Part shown: piece by piece, positions 26,464 to 32,000 of the stretch
Layout: each line of letters opens with the position of its first letter
Numbering within the stretch: position 1 is the first letter of the stretch
NCBI RefSeq assembly: GCF_000019605.1
Contig: NC_010482.1
Span: 660,001 to 692,000, forward strand
Direction: 5' to 3'
From: Candidatus Korarchaeum cryptofilum OPF8
GTDB taxonomy: Archaea; Korarchaeota; Korarchaeia; Korarchaeales; Korarchaeaceae
DNA: 32,000 bases
Translations under genes and position numbers: made by a program
Notes under the pieces: generated by a model
Told to the model about the DNA's origin: nothing
What the model saw: the letters and a program-made list of their open reading frames with translations, nothing else
The model's database searches: none

Positions 26464-26748
26464 CTAGAGGGGTTGTCGTAATATCTCTATGGGAATCGGC
26501 TTCTCATCGAGAGGATAGTATATCGTGAGGACGTGCCCCCTCCTGGACTTTATGAGCTTCCTCATCTCTTCCCTCCCGGGGGACTCTGTATAAGCCTCCT
26601 CTATAGCTTTTAACGTGACGTTAGGACAAAGAAGGTCTATGTCCTTGCTGCTGACATCGATCCCCTGAGTGACAGCTATTATCTGAGATCCGTAGTAGGC
26701 ACTCTCGCGTGAAGGGCTGGATAGAAGGATAGGAAGACCGGGAGCCAT
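26464..26748 (-). CDS. hypothetical protein with pol-beta/minimal nucleotidyltransferase-like G-S...D-I-D motif
   Basis: 94 aa. AYYGSQIIAVTQGIDVSSKDIDLLCPN resembles the hG[GS]-x(n)-D-h-D NTase signature, but the spacer is 14 residues, longer than canonical. Confidence 0.35.
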   Translation of the reverse strand: MAPGLPILLSSPSRESAYYGSQIIAVTQGIDVSSKDIDLLCPNVTLKAIEEAYTESPGREEMRKLIKSRRGHVLTIYYPLDEKPIPIEILRQPL

Positions 26749-27180
26749 TCCTCATACGAATTCCTCCGCCCAGAGAGCCGGAACTGAGTTGAACATCCTC
26801 CTAAGTAAGAGGAGATCCGATATCGGTAGGTCCGTCCTCTCCGGCCTGACCCCTAGCTTGAGATAGGCCTCCCTTACGTCCTTACATGAGGGATTACCCA
26901 GTAAAAATCAAGTGGCTTGAGTTATATGCGATGGAGAGCTGCCTTCTACTGGATACCCTCTACCACTATGAAAATCTAAGGGGAAGAGAGGAACCTGACT
27001 TTATACTTCTCTTCCATGAAAACCCATTGCTTACGATACTGAACGCAAACTGGGAGGAGTTGAAAGCTTTTACTGTATAGGGGATGAGAGGACTTTTCAT
27101 TCAACAATTATCCTTACTAACTTAAGTTCTCCCTTCTTTTAAATAAACCTACATGGCGAAGCAAGTCCTCTTACTGGGGA

Positions 27181-27195
27181 TATATTTATATTTTT
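27181..27195 (+). promoter_or_regulatory. TATA-like box upstream of vapB, with downstream SD-like AGGGGGA
   Basis: tatatttatattttt is centred about 38 nt upstream of ATG 27226. AGGGGGA at 27213..27219 lies 6 nt before the ATG. Confidence 0.45.
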
Positions 27196-27225
27196 GGGGC
27201 AAAAAGGGTAATTAGGGGGATAAAG

Positions 27226-27486
27226 ATGGCATATGTGGTTAAGGCAGATGATAGGGGGAGAATAAAGCTGCCGAAGGACGTTGTATCCCCCGGGGATAGA
27301 ATTCTGGTTATACCGGCTGGAAGAAGAATTTTACTGATAAAAATACCCCCGAAACCTGTTGAGGCCAGCTCTTCATGGCTGAAAACTGAGAAGGACAAAA
27401 AGGAGCTAAGAGCTCTGGCTGAGTCTTATGCAATTGAGGAGGTTGAGATGAAGCTGAGGAGGAGAGATCTTGCTGGTGGAGACTGA
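27226..27486 (+). CDS. vapB: AbrB/MazE/SpoVT-family antitoxin (VapB-like)
   Basis: 86 aa. The N-terminal swapped-hairpin motif KADDRGRIKLPKDVVSPGDRILVIP is followed by a charged C-terminal tail. It overlaps the downstream PIN gene by 17 nt. Confidence 0.8.
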   Translation: MAYVVKADDRGRIKLPKDVVSPGDRILVIPAGRRILLIKIPPKPVEASSSWLKTEKDKKELRALAESYAIEEVEMKLRRRDLAGGD

Positions 27487-27892
27487 TGTAATATTAGCTC
27501 ATGTGAAGGAGAGGGACTGGCTAAAACCTTACGCAGATAAGATACTAAGAGCAGCAGATAGCGGGAGGATAAAGCTCTGTGCGAGCTGTGAGGTCATTCT
27601 TGAGCTTTATTATATGTCCATTAAACTCGGCATCGATATGGAAACCCTGCTTAGCAAGGTAGCTGCCCTCATAAGCATAAACATGGATTGGATTCCAGCA
27701 ACTGTTGAGATCTCTCTGACAGCAATGACTTTGATGCTAGAGTACAATCTGAGCTCAATATTCGATGCATATTATGCAGCTACAGCTCTCCTCTCCGATC
27801 CGGATAGAACTGTAATATCGACGGATTCGATCTACGGGAGAATACCTGGTATAAAGAGGAAGGATCCAAGGGAGGTCGCTGAGCTATTATAA
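27470..27892 (+). CDS. vapC: PIN-domain ribonuclease toxin (VapC-like)
   Basis: 140 aa. The acidic residues have PIN spacing: VETDVIL (D6), CEVILEL (E), IFDAYYAATA (D), VISTD (D). TTG start at 27470, or GTG at 27476. Confidence 0.8.
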   Translation: MLVETDVILAHVKERDWLKPYADKILRAADSGRIKLCASCEVILELYYMSIKLGIDMETLLSKVAALISINMDWIPATVEISLTAMTLMLEYNLSSIFDAYYAATALLSDPDRTVISTDSIYGRIPGIKRKDPREVAELL

Positions 27893-28041
27893 CAACTAAA
27901 ATAACTCGGATCTTCTTATTGCGGGAATTTTGACGCACTGCATACATTCTGAGGACAGCTGAACTCACGGCTGAGGGGACTGGAGAAGAGAGGAGCTAAA
28001 ATTTCTCCAAAAAAAGTTTTAATGTTTACTCTCAATCCATT

Positions 28042-28938
28042 TTATGATATAATTCTGTATCTTACATTATACTTATCACGAATTTTTGTTGCCCTCTCCT
28101 CAAGTTTATCTTCATACTCCTTCGGAGGTTTGAAGGAAGCTCTAAACAGGCTCCTGTATTTGGGTATGAGATTGGGAAAATGTCTCTCCAGAAATCTATA
28201 GTAAAGCGTCTTGCAATCAGCTGGCCCATCTCCAAATAAAGTCAGGGTGCCGACGAAGGCATAATCTGCCCCATAATCCTTCGCAGCTTTTATCATTCTA
28301 TCTATCTCTTCCTCCGTGTCGGAGATGAATGGTAAAGTGGGTGCATAACAGACTCCCGTGAGGAACCCCTCTTCCTTGCATCTCATCATGGTCTCCAACC
28401 TTTCCATCGGTGCGGGTGCCCCCGGCTCAAGAGCTCTCGCGAGCTTCTCATCGAGAGTGGATATTGAGAATGTGATCATTGCTCCACGATTCAGCTTCTT
28501 CAGGTCATCGGGCAGGATAGCTGTTTCGTCTATCTTCTTCAGTATATCAAGATCCCTCAGCACAAGCTTAGATTTCGTAACTATATGAACCGGAAACCTA
28601 TACCCGAGGATTATCTCAAGGGCTTTCCTCGTCAGCCCCAGCTTCTCCTCTATGGGCATGTAAGGCTCTGTCGAGGTTGCAATGCATATTATTCCGTATT
28701 CTCTCCTTCTAGCCCTCAGAGAGAGCTGCCTTCTCAGTACCTCCGGTAGATTTACCTTAGCTGATAGAGTTCTTTCCATGTTCTCCCCGTACTTGCTCCC
28801 CCTTATGTAACAGTAGATGCAGTTGAAGGCGCATCCCTCATACGGATTTACCGAGTAATCATCCAGAAACCAGTCATCCCTCCTCTTATGCTTGTTTAAG
28901 ACAGATTTTACCTGAATCTCATTGACCATTTCGCTCAT
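28042..28938 (-). CDS. radical SAM protein, SPL/COG1533 (spore-photoproduct-lyase-like) family
   Basis: 298 aa. Motifs VNPYEGCAFNCIYCYIR (CxxxCxxC), TSTEPYMPIE, VTKSKLVLRDLDIL, SISTLDEKLARALEPGAP and ERLE are typical of this family. Confidence 0.8.
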   Translation of the reverse strand: MSEMVNEIQVKSVLNKHKRRDDWFLDDYSVNPYEGCAFNCIYCYIRGSKYGENMERTLSAKVNLPEVLRRQLSLRARRREYGIICIATSTEPYMPIEEKLGLTRKALEIILGYRFPVHIVTKSKLVLRDLDILKKIDETAILPDDLKKLNRGAMITFSISTLDEKLARALEPGAPAPMERLETMMRCKEEGFLTGVCYAPTLPFISDTEEEIDRMIKAAKDYGADYAFVGTLTLFGDGPADCKTLYYRFLERHFPNLIPKYRSLFRASFKPPKEYEDKLEERATKIRDKYNVRYRIIS

Positions 28939-29124
28939 CAGAGGGACTTTATCTCATCCTGCCTCTCCTTCGGCAGCTTCTTCATTCCATCCCTTATTAT
29001 CTATCTTGCATTTTTATCCTGTTTAGCCCATTTCTGCAGGAATTTGAAAACCGCTTTTCGAATATGAGTATGTAAATGCCCGGCATAATGCGATATTTTG
29101 CGGAGAATAAAGTTCCTCTTCCTC

Positions 29125-29835
29125 TCAATCCCCCTTTCCGATTTTCGGGTTTTCTCCTCCCGTTTCGATAGCCCTAACTCTGGCTAATAACCATATATAA
29201 ATTAAGTCGAAGACCGAGCAGAATACACCGAGCGCGAGGATCAATGAACTCGGTCTAGCATAATCTGTACCTAAGAGGCCGAATGAGATAGTGGGGGCCA
29301 GAGTGCCGAGCCACTTGCTAACGGCTATTAGCATACTTTGACCTTCGCTGCTCTTACGCTGGACAAGCATATTGATGAAGAGTACTGACATCAGGAGGTT
29401 CTGAAGGAAGGCGGAGTAGCGTGCACCCATAAACCCGAGCTCAGTGAAGAAGAGGATCTGTATGACGAACGCGACAGTCAAACCGAGCATACTCCAGGCA
29501 TAAAACCAGTGGAATGGGAAAATTGCGGGGAAGTACTTTTTCCCGAAACGGAAATAAGTGTAGAGGATGCCGATGTCAAGGATGAACCAGATTGAGGTGA
29601 TAATTGGCTGCAAGGCCAGAACTCGCGCTTGCATCATATATTGCATCCCGATGACGGAATAAACACCTTCCCACGCTATATTCAGGGCCAATGCCCAGAA
29701 GGGCATGGCATATGTTCTCTGTCGAATGCCCAAGCGGATGCAGTCAATGTAAACGATCGTCCAACATAAACCGCTGGATCCGGTGAGAAATAAAGAGAGT
29801 AATTCATGTTGAGGGATGACCGTTAAATTAAGCAC
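29125..29835 (-). CDS. 7-TM integral membrane protein, candidate Pyr4/PaxB-like transmembrane-type terpene cyclase
   Basis: 236 aa with about 7 hydrophobic segments. Motif TYAMPFWALALNIAWEGVY (E56) and a late acidic residue in VFDLIYIW (D210). Size, topology and acidic-residue spacing match my recollection of membrane terpene cyclases. Not verified by any search. Confidence 0.4.
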   Translation of the reverse strand: MLNLTVIPQHELLSLFLTGSSGLCWTIVYIDCIRLGIRQRTYAMPFWALALNIAWEGVYSVIGMQYMMQARVLALQPIITSIWFILDIGILYTYFRFGKKYFPAIFPFHWFYAWSMLGLTVAFVIQILFFTELGFMGARYSAFLQNLLMSVLFINMLVQRKSSEGQSMLIAVSKWLGTLAPTISFGLLGTDYARPSSLILALGVFCSVFDLIYIWLLARVRAIETGGENPKIGKGD

Positions 29836-29837
29836 CG

Positions 29838-30110
29838 CTATCTACCTCCGATATCCTCCAATCCCCTCAATTCCCTGACAGCAGCAGCTGCATCAAGCCC
29901 TATAGGCCTGCTTCTCGGGATCTCCGATTCCGTTGTGGGCTCGAGATCGCCGAGGCCCAGCTCCTCGCTGAGAGCTTCAACCCACCTCTCGAAGACCAGG
30001 CATTCCAAATATTCCTCAGTGATACTGCCTAAGCTCCTGCCCCTGATGGCAGCGATCTTCTTAACCTCATTCGGCAAGCCATCCACGATCAGGGGCTTCT
30101 CCTTGACCAT
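29838..30110 (-). CDS. ribbon-helix-helix (CopG/VapB-like) antitoxin-like small protein
   Basis: The track ORF runs to 30170, but M21 (ATG 30110, MVKEKPLIVDGLPNEVKKIAAIRGRSLGSITEEYLECLV) gives a typical RHH beta-strand plus two helices. The C-terminal tail is ..PIGLDAAAAVRELRG. Its stop lies 2 nt before the ATG of the 7-TM gene. Confidence 0.5.
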   Translation of the reverse strand: MVKEKPLIVDGLPNEVKKIAAIRGRSLGSITEEYLECLVFERWVEALSEELGLGDLEPTTESEIPRSRPIGLDAAAAVRELRGLEDIGGR

Positions 30111-30585
30111 CCGGATCCATGTATACGGATATGAGACATAAAAGATTTTCTGATGGAAGATGCTCCGCATGGAGATGAGGATTCGGGAAGTATTTTAAGC
30201 TTAAAAATGACTACTGTGAGGAGAATCGTACGGCATTGGGTTTATTGTGGGCAGCTTAGTTCTTCGAATGAGAGTAATAGAGATCATTGCTGCTACTTTA
30301 GAGGCGAGACTAATACTCGAGGAGATTGAGAGCTAAAAACTCTGGAATCGCTCAATTATCATTTGGATGCCCCTGCGGGATTTCGGATTACATGTCAACA
30401 GAGACCTACGCGGAGCAGGATTTAGCTGAGGGATTTTCTGGAAAAAGCACTACTGATTCACGGGATGAGATAAATGAAAGAGGAAGAGCTTCGGAATTCA
30501 TGCCGGAAGGATTCAAACGGAGAGCCCGGCCGATCCTAGAAGGTTCATTAAGATGTGAAAGTTAAGGGATTACCGATTCAGCATC

Positions 30586-30606
30586 AATTAAAAATAACGA
30601 AAAGGG
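30586..30606 (-). terminator. oligo-T tract downstream of the surface protein gene
   Basis: The minus strand reads cccttttcgttatttttaattg immediately after the stop at 30618. Archaeal termination typically occurs at T-runs. Confidence 0.4.
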
Positions 30607-30617
30607 TAGCTGCCCAC

Positions 30618-32000
30618 TCACGCCGGAGGCTTGGCCCTAATGCGTAGCAGGAGGATCGCTATTATGAGGGCTATCGCCACTACCGCTATGAGGAGCAGCC
30701 CCGTGAGGTCGAGTGAAAGCGGGGGCTGAGACGGGGAAGGTGAGGGAGCTGGAGATTGAGTTTGAGTAGTTGATGTTTGAGTTGAAGTTGGGGGCTGGGT
30801 TTGAGTAGTTGAGGATGTTTGGGGCTGGGGGGTTGAAGATTGAGTTTGAGTAGTTGATGTTTGAGGCGGGACTTGAGTAGTTGAAGTTGGGGTCTGGGTG
30901 GCCTGGGAGGTTGGAGGTGAGATTACCTGCAGCTGGAATGTCTTCCTATCCATTATGTCCCACCTACCCGCGGATTGATAGCAGGCCCTTATCTCGTATG
31001 TGTAGCTGCCGGGTGAGGATGGAGCGTTAAATGTCGCTGTATATGATAGATCACCAGTCCCGCTTCTAGAGACTGAGCTGTCAGGATTGCCCCAGACACA
31101 GTCCCAGTAGCTATTGGTCCACCTGCATATCGATACTAACACGCTCGTGCTTCCGATTATCTCATAGTGGACTGTGACCGGAACCGGTACGCTGCTGCCC
31201 GCTGAAGCCGTGGGTGGTGCAGCGAAGTTCATGATTATCACTTTCGCTACTATCGGTACCTGTATGCTGAAATCCCTGCTATCGTTCACTGTAAAACTGG
31301 ATAGAGAGGGCCCATAACCGACTTCCAACCTGTATGTGTAGCTGCCGGGGGAGGATGGAGCGTTAAATGTCGCTGTATATGATAGATCACCGGTCCCATC
31401 CTTAGATCCGAAGTCGTAACTCCAGACCTCGGTAGCGCCTGAGGTTATCCTCGCGAGGACGTGCGTGGGTGCTAAGGTCTCGTAGTGGATCGTCATCGGG
31501 ACCGATACCCTAATTCCAGGTGGAGCTGTAGCCGGGGCACCGAGGCTTGAGATGCTCACCTTGATCCGCAACAGAGGGGTCATGGGAGGAACTGTTATGG
31601 GAGTGCGGAAGTAGAGCCCGCGGGGCAGGTAGTCAATGTTATTAGGATTGATACTGTATGGAGTATCCACGATACCATCGGATCCACTCTGATCCTGGTT
31701 TGGACCTTTCTTCGCATCAGTTCCCCTGCAATCGCTCCAGTAGTTCCCTCCCGTTGGATAGCTAGCGTTCCAGTAGTTTTGCTCCATCGTAGCGGACACT
31801 TGCACGTTGTTGTTGGTGAAGTTATTGAGCCAAAATCTGTTTCCGGAGGAGCTGGAGAGGTAGACCCCATTACCGTTGTTTGTTATGTTGTTCTCGTGAA
31901 TATTATTTCCGTTGGAGCCCGTGAGGTAGATACCATATCCGTTCCCCCTTATCGTGTTCCCGGCTATCGTGTTACTATTGGAGGAGGAAAGCCTTATGCC
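30618..32000 (-). CDS. cell-surface protein: parallel beta-helix (PbH1/NosD-like) repeats, two Ig/CARDB-like domains, Thr/Gln/Pro stalk and C-terminal TM anchor; 5' end outside window
   Basis: The frame of track ORF 30618..31805 stays open to base 32000. Hand translation gives ..GIRLSSSNSNTIAGNTIRGNGYGIYLTGSNGNNIHENNITNNGNGVYLSSSSGNRFWLNNFTNNN.., typical beta-helix repeats. The C-terminus is LLLIAVVAIALIIAILLLRIRAKPPA. Confidence 0.8.
   Translation of the reverse strand, partial: GIRLSSSNSNTIAGNTIRGNGYGIYLTGSNGNNIHENNITNNGNGVYLSSSSGNRFWLNNFTNNNVQVSATMEQNYWNASYPTGGNYWSDCRGTDAKKGPNQDQSGSDGIVDTPYSINPNNIDYLPRGLYFRTPITVPPMTPLLRIKVSISSLGAPATAPPGIRVSVPMTIHYETLAPTHVLARITSGATEVWSYDFGSKDGTGDLSYTATFNAPSSPGSYTYRLEVGYGPSLSSFTVNDSRDFSIQVPIVAKVIIMNFAAPPTASAGSSVPVPVTVHYEIIGSTSVLVSICRWTNSYWDCVWGNPDSSVSRSGTGDLSYTATFNAPSSPGSYTYEIRACYQSAGRWDIMDRKTFQLQVISPPTSQATQTPTSTTQVPPQTSTTQTQSSTPQPQTSSTTQTQPPTSTQTSTTQTQSPAPSPSPSQPPLSLDLTGLLLIAVVAIALIIAILLLRIRAKPPA
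30720..30920 (-). repeat. low-complexity Thr/Gln/Pro/Ser-coding stalk with 84-bp-spaced exact 28-mers
   Basis: Encodes SPPTSQATQTPTSTTQVPPQTSTTQTQSSTPQPQTSSTTQTQPPTSTQTSTTQTQSPAPSPSPSQPP. The 28-mer gattgagtttgagtagttgatgtttgag occurs at 30754..30781 and 30838..30865. Confidence 0.85.
30996..31061 (-). repeat. copy 1 of a 66-bp near-identical intragenic direct repeat
   Basis: 64/66 identical to 31332..31397. Encodes GTGDLSYTATFNAPSSPGSYTY in the second Ig-like domain. Confidence 0.9.
31332..31397 (-). repeat. copy 2 of a 66-bp near-identical intragenic direct repeat
   Basis: 64/66 identical to 30996..31061, offset 336 bp (112 codons). Encodes the same 22-aa patch in the first Ig-like domain. 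Confidence 0.9.

Noticed and set aside
26886-27080. 64-aa plus-strand ORF, and a 44-aa antisense ORF (26966..27100), upstream of vapB
   Set aside because: Neither has a recognisable motif or expression signals, and they overlap each other on opposite strands in an A/T-rich spacer. They are probably spurious.
29040-29180. Start-less minus-strand frame (..NFILRKISHYAGHLHTHIRKAVFKFLQKWAKQDKNAR) overlapping the 3' end of the 7-TM gene
   Set aside because: There is no ATG, GTG or TTG start between its upstream stop and its end, and no family resemblance. It is probably non-coding spacer.
30326-30565. 79-aa plus-strand ORF in the 447-nt gap
   Set aside because: It has a non-ATG start, no upstream TATA or SD, and no family resemblance. 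It is kept only as part of the unexplained-gap finding.
30720-30920. Tandem-repeat DNA that might be mistaken for a CRISPR or satellite array
   Set aside because: The repeats are in frame within a continuous ORF and encode a Thr/Gln/Pro stalk. There is no repeat-spacer architecture and there are no cas genes.
31595-31870. 91-aa minus-strand ORF overlapping the surface protein gene
   Set aside because: It is out of frame with the beta-helix reading frame, which is open to the window end and shows clear repeat motifs. The overlapping ORF has no features of its own.

Overview
This is a compact, gene-dense chromosomal window that looks archaeal, probably from a thermophile of the Thermoproteota/Korarchaeia type. 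That placement rests on A/T-rich TATA-like boxes centred about 22-27 nt upstream of many start codons (leaderless-style), 4-7 nt start/stop overlaps, Thr/Pro-rich linkers on membrane-anchored solute-binding and surface proteins, AGG/AGA/ATA-rich codon usage, and archaeal-type families such as a THUMP RNA methyltransferase, DUF763 and DUF116. No rRNA, tRNA, CRISPR array, transposase or integrase could be supported.

The first ~25.7 kb is mostly housekeeping and transport:
- DUF763, a nitroreductase and a PflA-like (AmmeMemoRadiSam-type) radical SAM enzyme.
- A minus-strand TRAP-TAXI transporter cluster with DUF1850, TIGR04076 and HAD genes.
- A frameshifted HD-domain gene and a YjbQ-family gene.
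- A THUMP methyltransferase with DUF116, and an MFS exporter next to a stub of an FAD oxidoreductase.
- thrC, and a transglutaminase-like protein on a 21-heptad coiled-coil stalk.
- An unusually long orphan beta-class DNA methyltransferase.
- An APC permease, an HDAC-family deacetylase, DUF554, a fused double ABC ATPase and a GT2 glycosyltransferase.

From about 25.77 kb to 30.6 kb the sequence becomes visibly more A/T-rich and looks accessory:
- A perfect 30-bp palindrome containing a TATA box.
- A decayed nucleotidyltransferase-like locus and an intact VapBC pair.
- An SPL/COG1533 radical SAM gene.
- An RHH antitoxin-like gene tightly coupled to a 7-TM protein that resembles Pyr4/PaxB-type membrane terpene cyclases. 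This is my best candidate for something undescribed.

The window ends inside a large beta-helix surface protein with duplicated Ig-like domains and a Thr/Gln/Pro stalk.

All family calls come from motif recognition by eye. No database search was run.
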